DNA of 64,000 nucleotides from Candidatus Methylacidiphilales bacterium (GCA_044358595.1 JBIKNP010000009.1:8433-72432), one strand, 5' to 3'. Shown: positions 39,271 to 48,490, numbered from the stretch's first letter. The notes: generated by a model from the sequence alone, not told the origin. Translations and numbers: made by a program.

Positions 39271-40608
39271 ATGGCGGAGGAGAAAAACCCAACTTCGTCT
39301 GGGGAAGGGGGAAAAGCGCCTCAGCAAAAATTGAGGCTCAAAGTTCGGCCGATCGAAGAGAATCAGCCACGAGTACGTAAAAAAGTAGTTACAGCCGTGC
39401 CTGCGCCCAAGCCTGGGGTAGAGGCGGCAGCCGCAGTAGAAAAGCGGCGAGTGGGAGCGGGAAGAATAGTTCGAGATGTGGGATCGTCATTGCTTCAATC
39501 AATGCGGAATTGGGATCGAAAGGTATGGTTTGCGATCGGGGCGGTGGTTGCGGGGCTTGTCATCTATGGGGGCTGGGTGGAGTGGAGGAAAACAGTGGTT
39601 CGTGTTCGTGTGGATTTGGACGAGATCCGTTTAGGGGATCGGCCGGAGGTTTTGGTGTTGTACGATTTCTCAGAGCGTTTGGCGGGTCTGCGGCGGGACT
39701 ATGGAAGAAGGTTGGCTCCGATACGGCCACAAATCCGCGAGTTAGAAAGAACTTTGGCCTTAGCCAAGGCGGATGCGGCGGGAACCCAGGAAAAGGTGCG
39801 GATGGTGGAATCTGTTGTGCAGGAGGAAACGACAAAAGCCAAGGGTGTGTATGAGGATTATCGAACATCTGTCAGTCGTCTCTGGCTGGAGGAGGCGGGC
39901 ACTCTGGATTTGGAGTTCGATGCCGAGAGGAAAAAATTTCTGGGGGAGGTGGAGGTGCGGGCGCGTGAAGTGGGATTATTTTACCATCCAGAAGAGGACG
40001 AGGATCTGCAGCAACCTGAAATTGCTGCCAATGAGTATCGTTTGGCGCTGTATCGGGCTCCACCCAGCATTAAGATGCCCGATCAGTTCGGCTGGATTGA
40101 GAAAAAACTGAGTGAATGGCATAAGTTTGAGAAGGATTGGAATGCCCGGTACAAAGGATTGAGCACGAAAGCCAAACAGTTGCGAAGTCCTGCGAGCACC
40201 AGTTTAGAGGATAAATCGCAGCGGGTAGGGATTCAGGCTAAGGAACTGCAAAAGTTCCGTGGAGATGCTGCGGTGATTCAAAATGAGATCAATGGATATG
40301 AGGAGAGATTAAAGGAGTTGCGGGCAAAAGAGGCGGAAGCCAAAGGACCTTTTGAGGAGGATGTGGGAGCAATACCGGATGCTTTTCTTTGTCAGCGTGT
40401 GCCTTTAAGCGCAGATGTGGCAGAGATTTATGTCACTGGAAAAGTGGCTGAGGCTTCACCGAACACCTTGCGAGTTGTGATTCGCGGCAAGCGTGCGGGT
40501 AAGATTGCTTGGGTGATTTTACCGTTTGAGCCTGTGCCACACAAAAGGATCGAGAAGATTGTGAAAGATACGGATTTTCGACCCGTGGACGACTGGTTGG
40601 ACGAGTAG
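39271..40608 (+). CDS. hypothetical single-TM coiled-coil protein
   Basis: 445-aa ORF continuing the pheA operon; TM VWFAIGAVVAGLVIYGGW; long charged helical region. Confidence 0.6.
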   Translation: MAEEKNPTSSGEGGKAPQQKLRLKVRPIEENQPRVRKKVVTAVPAPKPGVEAAAAVEKRRVGAGRIVRDVGSSLLQSMRNWDRKVWFAIGAVVAGLVIYGGWVEWRKTVVRVRVDLDEIRLGDRPEVLVLYDFSERLAGLRRDYGRRLAPIRPQIRELERTLALAKADAAGTQEKVRMVESVVQEETTKAKGVYEDYRTSVSRLWLEEAGTLDLEFDAERKKFLGEVEVRAREVGLFYHPEEDEDLQQPEIAANEYRLALYRAPPSIKMPDQFGWIEKKLSEWHKFEKDWNARYKGLSTKAKQLRSPASTSLEDKSQRVGIQAKELQKFRGDAAVIQNEINGYEERLKELRAKEAEAKGPFEEDVGAIPDAFLCQRVPLSADVAEIYVTGKVAEASPNTLRVVIRGKRAGKIAWVILPFEPVPHKRIEKIVKDTDFRPVDDWLDE

Positions 40609-40615
40609 CAAGCGA

Positions 40616-40750
40616 TTAGCGGTAGAGACGGAGGATGCCGAAGAAGACTTTGACGGCACCTAAGGAAAGAACCATTCCGATCCCTGAGTAAAAGAGCCAG
40701 TTTGGAATACCCGAGTCAGGTTTTTTTGGAGATGGAGTTTGATTTTTCAT
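40616..40750 (-). CDS. small membrane protein
   Basis: MKNQTPSPKKPDSGIPNWLFYSGIGMVLSLGAVKVFFGILRLYR, one TM; follows the DUF1232 gene. Confidence 0.4.
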   Translation of the reverse strand: MKNQTPSPKKPDSGIPNWLFYSGIGMVLSLGAVKVFFGILRLYR

Positions 40751-41048
40751 GAGATGATTTCCAGAGAAGGTACTTTTTAACATCCCGGGAGAGTAAGGCG
40801 AGGAAAACCCCAAAAACCAAGGTGTCGTCGACGATCCCGATGATGGGAAGGGCTTCTGGGATAATATCGAGGGGATTGAGGAGATAGAGGATGGAGAAAA
40901 TGCCTCCCGTTAGCGTCCCCCAAGGTGTCTTGCGGTATTTCCTTTTGAAGGAATCTCGAAGCATTGAAGGGGTAGCTTGAAGAAGGGATGGGATTTCACC
41001 CATTTTGGGCATGAGGGAGAGGCGACTCATAGAGAGACTCTCCCACAA
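40716..41048 (-). CDS. YkvA/DUF1232 family membrane protein
   Basis: LYLLNPLDIIPEALPIIGIVDD signature. Confidence 0.85.
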   Translation of the reverse strand: MWESLSMSRLSLMPKMGEIPSLLQATPSMLRDSFKRKYRKTPWGTLTGGIFSILYLLNPLDIIPEALPIIGIVDDTLVFGVFLALLSRDVKKYLLWKSSHEKSNSISKKT

Positions 41049-41122
41049 CCTGTGGTACGTGGAAAGGGTGGGAGTGGAATGTTATAGATCGACGGGGAGG
41101 AATCGTAAGGTAGTATTGTCTT

Positions 41123-41509
41123 ATGAAAATCAAATCTAGTTTCACATTTGTTGCCGTTGTCCTGAGTTTCCTTACTTCCTTTTCTATGGCGCAGGCGCCT
41201 GCAGCGGATAAGGACGCACTTCTTGCTAAAGTGACGGCAGCGATCAACCCAGAGGCTGATGGGGACAGGAAGGAACTGATTCGGAAGGGTCTGGCTGCCT
41301 TGGCCGATCTGAATGCAGCGGGTACAACACCTGAGGCCTCGTTAAGTGAAGCTAAAGCGAAGGGGAATTTGAGCGGTGATAAGACGGAGAAGATGAGCAA
41401 AATGTTGATGGAGATGTGGAGCTTGAACACGCCTCGGATGACCGAACCGGCCACCTTGGATGCTCTTCGAAAGGGTGAGATGCCCGAGCCCGCGCTGAAA
41501 CGGCCTTAA
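41123..41509 (+). CDS. secreted hypothetical helical protein
   Basis: Clear signal peptide (..FLTSFSMA/Q); 128 aa. Confidence 0.65.
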   Translation: MKIKSSFTFVAVVLSFLTSFSMAQAPAADKDALLAKVTAAINPEADGDRKELIRKGLAALADLNAAGTTPEASLSEAKAKGNLSGDKTEKMSKMLMEMWSLNTPRMTEPATLDALRKGEMPEPALKRP

Positions 41510-41527
41510 TCGCCGTCTTGGTGGGGT

Positions 41528-41719
41528 CTATTTGCCGTGGCGCTGCGGGAGCCAACCCGGTTTTACTGGGTTAGCCATATTGGGAGGGCGCTCGGCCGTG
41601 GGGGTCAGATTGCTGGATGATTCGGAAGAATCGTTACTTCTATTCTTGTCTTCCCCATAAACCGGGGTGAGGGCCATGGCGCCGAGGAGGCAAAGGATTT
41701 TCTTCATAGGTTTATCCAA
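41528..41719 (-). CDS. small secreted low-complexity peptide
   Basis: MKKILCLLGAMALTPVYG signal-like leader, then Ser/Pro-rich tail. Confidence 0.4.
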   Translation of the reverse strand: MDKPMKKILCLLGAMALTPVYGEDKNRSNDSSESSSNLTPTAERPPNMANPVKPGWLPQRHGK

Positions 41720-41785
41720 GCCTAAGGATCGGCTTCGTCAAGGAACAGGCTTGCGAATCAATAGAAGGCCATCAGTTTTAGATAA

Positions 41786-42385
41786 ATGAAATGGATAGTA
41801 TTTCTCATGCTTGGACTCCTTTCCTATCTGTCTTGGGGAGAGACGGTCGATCCTACCCCCAAGTTCAGTCAGGAGTTGCAGGAAAAAGCCGCGGACGGAG
41901 ATGCGGATGCGCAGTATCAGCTCGGGGACTGCTACTTTTTCGGTTTAGGAGTCAAAAGAGACATGGTGGAGGGTGTAAGTTGGTATCGAAAGGCTGCAGA
42001 GGCGGGGCAGATGAAGGCGCAATTTAATTTAGGTGGCTGTTTTCACGAGGGGATGGGGATCGAGCCGGACTTAATGGCGGCGATTCGATGGTGGAGAAAG
42101 TCGGCCGGACAAGATTATGCGCCTGCCCAGATCAGCATTGGGGACTGTTATATATTTGGAAAAGGACTCTCCCAAGATGAGCAGGAAGGGGTGCGCTGGT
42201 TTCGAAAGGCGGCGGCGCAGAACTATCCTGCAGCTCAGCATCGCTTAGGAAACTGCTACTACCACGGTCAGGGGGTGAGAAAAGATTTGGCACAGGCGAT
42301 TCAGTGGTATCGCAAAGCCGCGGCGCAAGGGTATCAGGCCTCGCAGCGGGCGTTACGCGAGCTGGGGGATGAGGGGGGCGACTAA
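41786..42385 (+). CDS. Sel1-repeat secreted protein
   Basis: Four AQxxLGxxYxxGxG..D..A..W.RKAA repeats after a signal peptide. Confidence 0.92.
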   Translation: MKWIVFLMLGLLSYLSWGETVDPTPKFSQELQEKAADGDADAQYQLGDCYFFGLGVKRDMVEGVSWYRKAAEAGQMKAQFNLGGCFHEGMGIEPDLMAAIRWWRKSAGQDYAPAQISIGDCYIFGKGLSQDEQEGVRWFRKAAAQNYPAAQHRLGNCYYHGQGVRKDLAQAIQWYRKAAAQGYQASQRALRELGDEGGD

Positions 42386-42573
42386 GGGGCTCGGAGACGG
42401 AGATAGCTAAGAACAAAAACAATCAGGCTGACTCCGAGAACTCCTCCACCAACGAGTAGGGTAAAGATCCAACTACGCAAATCAGGACGTTTCAGCATAG
42501 GGTGATTTTAAAAGCAGGGAATCGTTGTGGGAAGTCTGGATTGTCTCGCTGGGTGAAAAAGGGAGAATTGGGG

Positions 42574-43428
42574 ATGCACCGTGTCCAAACAGGAAGAGGG
42601 GGGAAAGTGGTTGTAGGTTTCCATGGGTGGAGCGGGGATCACAGGACCTTTCAACCGTTACTGGAGAAGCTTCCTGAGGCTATATCGTTCTACAGCTATG
42701 ATCTGCCAGGGTGTGGTCGATCCCCTAAACCCGCCCGCTGGGAGATTCGGGAGGTGGCGAGGAGCGTGGCAATGGATTTGCTGGGTCTGGAAAAAGAGAA
42801 TCTGACTTTGGTGGGAAGTTGTACGGGGGGATTGATGGCGGTTTTCGTGGCGAGAGAGCTAGTGAAGATGGGGCGGGGGAGTGTGGTGGGACGAATTGTG
42901 ATGATCGATCCCTTTGCGGAGTGTCCTTGGTATTTTCGCCTCTTTCTCATTCCTGTATTGGGGCAAATCATGTATGCAACGGCATTTGCCAATCCGCTGG
43001 GTCGATGGATTACAAATCTGTTCCTTAGTGAGAAGAGGTCAGGAAAAGTGGATCTGACTGAATCATTTGCTCAAGTGAGCCATCGGGTGACATTGGCTTA
43101 TTTGAGGATGTTTGAAAGTGCTGGAGCGCCCGAGCAGTTTCAGGGCTTAAAGATTCCGACCGACATTATATATGGGCAGAAGACCTTTGGGGCGGTCAAG
43201 CTGGCGGTCGAGCGGTGGCGGCGGGTCTTCCCTGAGGCCAGAGTGCATGTACTCCCTGGGGTTGGGCACCTACCGATTGATGAGGGAACGGAGATGGTAG
43301 AGAGGATTCTTTTTGCGGGTGTCGGGGAGAGAAAGACGCCGAAAACAAAGAAGCTATCCGCGCAGAAAGCGAGGGAGTTACGGGAGTGGAGGAATGAGCT
43401 GACCCGGGGTGATTCGGTGGGACCTTAA
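42574..43428 (+). CDS. alpha/beta hydrolase with Cys at the nucleophile elbow
   Basis: FHGWSG, YDLPGCGRS, LVGSCTGG, MIDP, GVGHLP; start probably ATG 42574. Confidence 0.85.
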   Translation: MHRVQTGRGGKVVVGFHGWSGDHRTFQPLLEKLPEAISFYSYDLPGCGRSPKPARWEIREVARSVAMDLLGLEKENLTLVGSCTGGLMAVFVARELVKMGRGSVVGRIVMIDPFAECPWYFRLFLIPVLGQIMYATAFANPLGRWITNLFLSEKRSGKVDLTESFAQVSHRVTLAYLRMFESAGAPEQFQGLKIPTDIIYGQKTFGAVKLAVERWRRVFPEARVHVLPGVGHLPIDEGTEMVERILFAGVGERKTPKTKKLSAQKARELREWRNELTRGDSVGP

Positions 43429-43444
43429 ATTGGCTTGGTAGGGC

Positions 43445-43927
43445 GTGTTGAGATTGCAGAATTACGGGATGAGGTTGTTTGCTAGTCGCGGGGTTCTACT
43501 TCTGGTGGCGATTTGCCCGTTGTCTGGGATGGGAGAAGATGAGGTTTCGACTGTGTGGAATGAGTTTAATCAAAATGGAGTAGTTATGGTGGAGCCATCG
43601 CCTGGGTTAGAGACACCCGAATCCAAGGAGGCTCGTTTGGAGCGGGAGAAAGAGGAGGCGAAGGATGCAAAGTTGAATCGATCCTTGGTGAGGCAGGAGA
43701 TCTACTGGCTTGAGGGTCGATGGGTGAAAAAGGGGGAGGCACTGGAGGCGCCTCGATCGCTGGGTGAACTGATTGATTCCGACCGTGATGGATTTGATGA
43801 CTTTACGGAGATCAAATTTCACTGCGATCCAACGAATCCGGATTCGAATCCCTCCCACTACTTCGAGGTGAAGGGAAGCAACCGAGTGATCTTTTATTCA
43901 ACGAATACGTCTGCACACCAGAAATAG
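43445..43927 (+). CDS. secreted hypothetical protein with one bacterial TSP3-like Ca-binding motif
   Basis: IDSDRDGFDDFTE..DPTNPDSNP. Confidence 0.55.
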   Translation: MLRLQNYGMRLFASRGVLLLVAICPLSGMGEDEVSTVWNEFNQNGVVMVEPSPGLETPESKEARLEREKEEAKDAKLNRSLVRQEIYWLEGRWVKKGEALEAPRSLGELIDSDRDGFDDFTEIKFHCDPTNPDSNPSHYFEVKGSNRVIFYSTNTSAHQK

Positions 43928-44051
43928 GATAGAGGGTCTTGGCTATTTCCAGTAATTTACGGATGACGTCCAGCCCAATCGGGGCATATGCAGAGATCTA
44001 ATAGATTAGCTGGCTATTGAGAATTATCCTGGGAGGTGCTTAATTACCTTA

Positions 44052-45416
44052 ATGCGAAAACTCGTCCTTTCCGCTCTCCTCCTATCCGCATTTCCGCTGG
44101 TGAGTATGGGGCAGGTAACCGAAGGTCAATGGACTTACATTGTCGAAAACGGCGGGGCGACTATCACAGGTTCAATCGCAACTGGTGCGGTGACCATACC
44201 GAGCGTGTTGGGTGGGGTTGCGGTGAAGAAGGTGGGGAATGGCTCAACGCCTATTTTTGGTACCGGCAACACCTCCGTGACCAGCGTGGTCATCCCCAAC
44301 AGCGTGACCAGTATTTTGAATAATGCGTTCCAAGAATGCACCAACCTAGCGAGCATCACCATCGGTAATGGCGTAACCAGTATTGGTAGTTCTGCGTTTA
44401 GGGCTTGCAGTCAGCTAACCAGTGCCACCATCGGTAACAGCGTAACCAGTATTGGTAGTTCTGCGTTCAATCTTTGCACCAGCCTAACCAGCATCACCAT
44501 TCCCGATGGCGTGACCAGTATCGGGGATAATGCGTTCAATAATTGCACCAGCCTAATCAGCATCACTATCCCCAACAGCGTGACCAGTATCGGGGATAGT
44601 GTGTTCAATAATTGCAGAGCCCTAATCATCATCACTATCCCCAACAGCGTGACCAGTATTGGGAATAATGTGTTCCAAGGTTGCACCAAGCTAGTGACTG
44701 TTTATCTGCCCGCCCGCTTCGCAAATACCTACATAAACTTTGGTCTGACAGCGTCACAAGCTAACTTTGGTATTACGCTAACAGCATCCTACAATTCATC
44801 CGAAGGCACTTTATTAGCAAATCCTAACAAACTGCCATATGAAGCTGGAGAATCCGTTGTAGTAACCGCCACCCCGAATGCAGGGTATTTGTTTAGTAAC
44901 TGGAGTGGAGACTCCACCGCTACGACAAGTTCGATTACATTAACGATGGATGCCAGTAAGACAGTAAACGCCAACTTCGTTCAAGATGGCGGGGATAACG
45001 ATGGGGATGGTTTAACCAACTACCAAGAGAGCGTCACTTATGGAACGAATCCTAATATTGCCGAAACCGCCTCTCCTGTTGCGGGGCTTTATCTAGCCAA
45101 CCAAATGCAAGCTATGGCGATAGGCGATCTGGTGCTTACTAAAAATACAAATGGTTCTTTCACCCTCAACTACGACATCGAAAAGAGCGATAACTTACAG
45201 ACTTGGACTACTTACCAAGCATTGTCCCTGCCTTTGACTGGTTTGCCCACGGATAAGGCTTTCGTTCGGATTAAGGCGAAGCAGGAGGGGGTGAGTAGTT
45301 CTAGCAGCTCTCAAGCAACGCCAACCACTGACTTGAGTAATCCGTCCTCAGGTGGTGGGAATGGTAGCAGCAGTGGACAGCAGGGGCCTGGAGGAGTATT
45401 CGACCCAAATTTATAA
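44052..45416 (+). CDS. BspA-type leucine-rich-repeat surface protein with B-repeat-like domain, TSP3-like motif and C-terminal domain
   Basis: Signal peptide; six 23-aa [23 protein letters not shown] repeats; [19 protein letters not shown]; [12 protein letters not shown]. Confidence 0.85.
   Translation: MRKLVLSALLLSAFPLVSMGQVTEGQWTYIVENGGATITGSIATGAVTIPSVLGGVAVKKVGNGSTPIFGTGNTSVTSVVIPNSVTSILNNAFQECTNLASITIGNGVTSIGSSAFRACSQLTSATIGNSVTSIGSSAFNLCTSLTSITIPDGVTSIGDNAFNNCTSLISITIPNSVTSIGDSVFNNCRALIIITIPNSVTSIGNNVFQGCTKLVTVYLPARFANTYINFGLTASQANFGITLTASYNSSEGTLLANPNKLPYEAGESVVVTATPNAGYLFSNWSGDSTATTSSITLTMDASKTVNANFVQDGGDNDGDGLTNYQESVTYGTNPNIAETASPVAGLYLANQMQAMAIGDLVLTKNTNGSFTLNYDIEKSDNLQTWTTYQALSLPLTGLPTDKAFVRIKAKQEGVSSSSSSQATPTTDLSNPSSGGGNGSSSGQQGPGGVFDPNL
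44302..44715 (+). repeat. six tandem 69-bp coding repeats (LRR units)
   Basis: Units begin GCGT(G/A)ACCAGTAT at 69-bp spacing. Confidence 0.9.
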
Positions 45417-45419
45417 AAA

Positions 45420-45665
45420 ATGAAGATATTCTTATATTTACTAATCTTTTTCGTCTCAAAAGCATACCCCCAGCTTGAGCTTAGCAACTCTTATAATGAC
45501 GCTATTGTGTACCAAGCAAATGAAATTGATAAAGCTTCTTTAAATTGCGAATTCGGTTTCTGTAAAACAAAGATTGTTGAGAAAAAGGATGATGTTGTTT
45601 GGCTGGTTCTGCCGGAGTGCGATAAAGGAGAAGCGGAACTATCAGAAGAAAAACTCAAAAAATAA
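45420..45665 (+). CDS. small secreted hypothetical protein, AT-rich
   Basis: MKIFLYLLIFFVSKAYP leader; stop abuts the tRNA fragment. Confidence 0.5.
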   Translation: MKIFLYLLIFFVSKAYPQLELSNSYNDAIVYQANEIDKASLNCEFGFCKTKIVEKKDDVVWLVLPECDKGEAELSEEKLKK

Positions 45666-45667
45666 TG

Positions 45668-45709
45668 CGCGCCCGGGTGGATTCGAACCACCGACCCGCG
45701 GATTAGAAA
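45668..45709 (-). pseudogene. 3' half of tRNA-Arg(TCT), probable att junction
   Basis: Minus strand TTTCTAA (anticodon loop) TCCGC GGGTC GGTGG TTCGAAT CCACC CGGGCGC G; no D-arm or 5' acceptor strand (GCGCCCG) visible in the following ~430 bp. Confidence 0.85.
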
Positions 45710-45761
45710 GATTGGGGTCTAATCTAAAAATACACTAGTAAACCGAGGGTATACCTTTGTC

Positions 45762-45781
45762 TGCCCTTACGTTGCCCTTAC
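45762..45781. repeat. direct repeat TGCCCTTAC x2, possible integrase arm-type sites
   Basis: tgcccttac-gt-tgcccttac about 50 bp inside the tRNA fragment. Confidence 0.45.
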
Positions 45782-46141
45782 GGATACATGGCTCGATTAG
45801 AAGGGAAAGCCGACCCTGCCTAAGCCCCACCACACCCACTCCCCATCCCCCCAGCGGGTGATCACATACACATACCCCACCCAGAAAAATCGGACTTAGT
45901 TTTGGAATCGATCACTGACAGCAGCTGACAGGAGTGGGAAGGGAAAGGAGGAAGTTTGATAAGGGAAGTGACATCAGTCGGACAAGTATCAGTAGATGTT
46001 ACATCCTGGTGAGGTACCACATTGTCGTTCTGCAACATCTCCTTTGTTTTGATTTAAAAGAAAGCAAGTTGTTCGGCGATTGGATCGAGTGATATGCCGT
46101 CTTAATTGGGATTCTTGAATATAAAGAAAGCCCCCCAAAAG

Positions 46142-47074
46142 TTATTTACCCGATTCACCAAGCGTCTTGAGCTGACGATCCGTCACGAGCCAAACGAGGC
46201 CGTTCTTTTTGGCTAATTCCTTAGACAGTGCCTGCCGCTCCGGCGTCTTTGGATATTCGATGAGCAGCACGGGCTTCTTTGCCCAAGCCAATGTCTTTAA
46301 ATGGCCGAGGATTTCATCCGTGTGCGAGGCGGGCTGGAGTTTCTTTCCATTGGTGAAAAGATCCTCGATACCTTGGGCGCTGATGACCTCAACGAAGTCC
46401 TTGTGGGCAACCAGTTGGGAGCCGTTTTGCGGGATGACGAGTGCCGCGGGATCTTTTGCGCGGGCGCGGGCGGTGATCGCTTTCACCCAGTCCACCATGT
46501 CGCGGCGATAGGTCTGCTTGGTCTCCGGGTTCATGCGGTCGTCCAGGTAATCGTCGGCTCCCTGCTCATATGTCTGGAAGCCATCCACAATATCCAGATA
46601 CACGCCGTCAAAACCTCGGGCCATCGCATCGTCGATCGCGGGTAGTACCAGCTTTTGCCAATCGTCGCTCCAATATTTGACCTGATAATTCCCTTTCCAC
46701 TCCGGATTCTCGATCCCGAGCCATGCTGGTGCGGCGGCGGTCCGCTTGCCATTGCTGACCCACTCGGACTGCCAATAGGAACGGTAATCCTCTGCTTCGC
46801 CGATGGAGAGATATGCGACCACTTTTCGCCCCGCTTTGCCACTGCGGATTGCGTCGAGGTCCGCTTGCTCCCACGGCGTGTCGCCAGCGAAGGTCGCGTC
46901 GAGCACGATCCAATCGCGTCCGCTTTCCTTGAGTTTTGCAACCACCGCAGGTTTTGTTTTAGCGAAAGAATCGGCCTGCAGGATGTAGGCAAACGAGACA
47001 GGGTTTGATTCCGCGCACGCAAAGTGTGACAGCATGAAACTCAGAACGGCGGCACGGAAGGGGAGAAAATTCAT
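46142..47074 (-). CDS. secreted GH114-like (TM1410/MJ1477-type) endo-alpha-1,4-polygalactosaminidase
   Basis: Signal peptide; AYLSIGEAEDYRSYW, NPEWKGNYQVKYW, GFDGVYLDIVD, LIPQNG-like VIPQNG, EDLF. Confidence 0.78.
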   Translation of the reverse strand: MNFLPFRAAVLSFMLSHFACAESNPVSFAYILQADSFAKTKPAVVAKLKESGRDWIVLDATFAGDTPWEQADLDAIRSGKAGRKVVAYLSIGEAEDYRSYWQSEWVSNGKRTAAAPAWLGIENPEWKGNYQVKYWSDDWQKLVLPAIDDAMARGFDGVYLDIVDGFQTYEQGADDYLDDRMNPETKQTYRRDMVDWVKAITARARAKDPAALVIPQNGSQLVAHKDFVEVISAQGIEDLFTNGKKLQPASHTDEILGHLKTLAWAKKPVLLIEYPKTPERQALSKELAKKNGLVWLVTDRQLKTLGESGK

Positions 47075-47130
47075 TGGAGGCCTTCAATGAACGGCTGGCT
47101 CAGCAGCGCAGGGAGCGTGAGCACTATGGA

Positions 47131-48279
47131 TCATTCCCCGATGGAATGGCTTACGCTGAATTGGTAGATCGTCCGGGTCTGGTAGGTTTCACCGGGCCGG
47201 AGGATGGTGTTGGGAAATTTCGGTTGATTCGGACTGTCGGGAAAATGCTGTGTTTCTAGGCAAAGTGAACTGCGCTTCATATAGGGTTTTCCGGATTTCC
47301 CGTTGAGCGATCCATCTAGGAAATTTGCGGTGTAGAGCTGAAGTCCCGGCTGATCGGTGAAAACCTGCAGTTTTCGACCACTGGTTTTTTCATAGAGGGT
47401 CGCGGCAGGCTTCTTAACCCCTTTTTTCGGGTTCAGAACAAAAGTGTGGTCATACCCATTCCCATTGGCCAGTTGCTCGTTCGTCTGATTAATATCCCGC
47501 CCGACCGGCTTGGGGTGACGAAAGTCGAACGGTGTGCCCGCGACAGATGCAATCTTCCCGGTGGGGACAGAAGTTTTGCCAATCGGAAGTATCTCCTCAG
47601 CATCAATCATGAGTTCGTGATTAAGCACGGTGTCCGAACCTTCTCCCGCAAGATTAAAATAACTGTGATTGGATAAGTTGATCGGCGTTGGTCGGTCGGT
47701 CGTGGCTCGGTAGTCGATGATGAGCTCGTTGCCATCGGTGAGCGTATAGGTCACCCGAGCCTTGAGCGTTCCGGGGTAGCCCTCTTCTCCATCTGGAGAG
47801 GTGTAATTGAATTGAACGCCGTTCCGGAGTTGCTTTGCGTCCCACACGACCTTGTCAAAACCGGTGACCCCACCATGGTTGTGATTCGGACCGCTGTTCT
47901 TCGCGAGCACATGCTCAACACCGTCCAGGGTGAAGCGTCCATTGGCGATCCGCCCAGCGTATCGGCCGAGGGTCGCCCCGAGGTAGGGCTTCTTGACGGA
48001 TGACCGATAGGGTTCGACGGTGTTGAAGCCGAGCACGACGTCTGCCATGGCGCCGCTACGGTCTGGCACTTTGATCGAGGTGATGCGCGCGCCGTAGGAG
48101 GCCAGTCGCACCTCCATTCCGTGGGCGTTCTTTAGGTTAAATTGGGCATCTGGGTCATGGACCACCTGGGACCCCGAATGGCCTGGCATCAGGGCCGTCG
48201 AGAAGACCAGGCAGGCGAGTAAACATACTTGGCGTCCCGTGGGACGATGCGGAAGTTTCGGGCAGAGAAGATGGTTCAT
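47131..48279 (-). CDS. galM: aldose 1-epimerase (galactose mutarotase), probably exported
   Basis: GRYAGRIANGRF, HNHGG, GEEGYPG, NLSNHSYFNL, QLYTANFL, CLETQHFPDSPN; hydrophobic N-terminal extension. Confidence 0.95.
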   Translation of the reverse strand: MNHLLCPKLPHRPTGRQVCLLACLVFSTALMPGHSGSQVVHDPDAQFNLKNAHGMEVRLASYGARITSIKVPDRSGAMADVVLGFNTVEPYRSSVKKPYLGATLGRYAGRIANGRFTLDGVEHVLAKNSGPNHNHGGVTGFDKVVWDAKQLRNGVQFNYTSPDGEEGYPGTLKARVTYTLTDGNELIIDYRATTDRPTPINLSNHSYFNLAGEGSDTVLNHELMIDAEEILPIGKTSVPTGKIASVAGTPFDFRHPKPVGRDINQTNEQLANGNGYDHTFVLNPKKGVKKPAATLYEKTSGRKLQVFTDQPGLQLYTANFLDGSLNGKSGKPYMKRSSLCLETQHFPDSPNQPKFPNTILRPGETYQTRTIYQFSVSHSIGE

Positions 48280-48313
48280 GGGGGCAGGGGAGGCGACTGA
48301 TTGCCCCTAGATA

Positions 48314-48340
48314 TTCGCCACTTCAACCGGTTTTATGACG
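48314..48340 (-). promoter_or_regulatory. candidate ECF promoter for galM/GH114
   Basis: CGTCATAA-N13-GGCGAA on the minus strand; exact first box, 4/6 match in second box. Confidence 0.45.
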
Positions 48341-48457
48341 GATCGTTTCAAAGGCGTCGAAGTGCTCCTGACTTGAAAGGAAAAGAGTGCAGGAGTAAGG
48401 CTGACACTTCTTGTCGATGAATGATTTACACGTATGTTGAGTAGGTCTCTGGTGCTC

Positions 48458-48484
48458 CGTCATAACTTGTGAGGTTCAGCTGAA
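48458..48484 (+). promoter_or_regulatory. candidate autoregulatory ECF promoter
   Basis: CGTCATAA-N13-GCTGAA ending 6 nt before the sigma ATG (48491), no SD; consistent with a leaderless mRNA. Confidence 0.65.
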
Positions 48485-48490
48485 GACTCT

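Noticed and set aside
44302-44715. Regularly spaced repeats resembling a CRISPR array or DGR template
   Set aside because: The 69-bp period is in frame inside an LRR gene, there are no unique spacers, and no cas or reverse transcriptase genes are in the window
45788-45823. Mini-ORF MARLEGKADPA near the att site as an integrase remnant
   Set aside because: Only 11 codons, too short to support any homology
45668-46140. Intron-split or intact tRNA-Arg
   Set aside because: No 5' exon (GCGCCCG, D-arm, GCGGA) or recognisable group I core before the GH114-like stop; a displaced 3' half fits better
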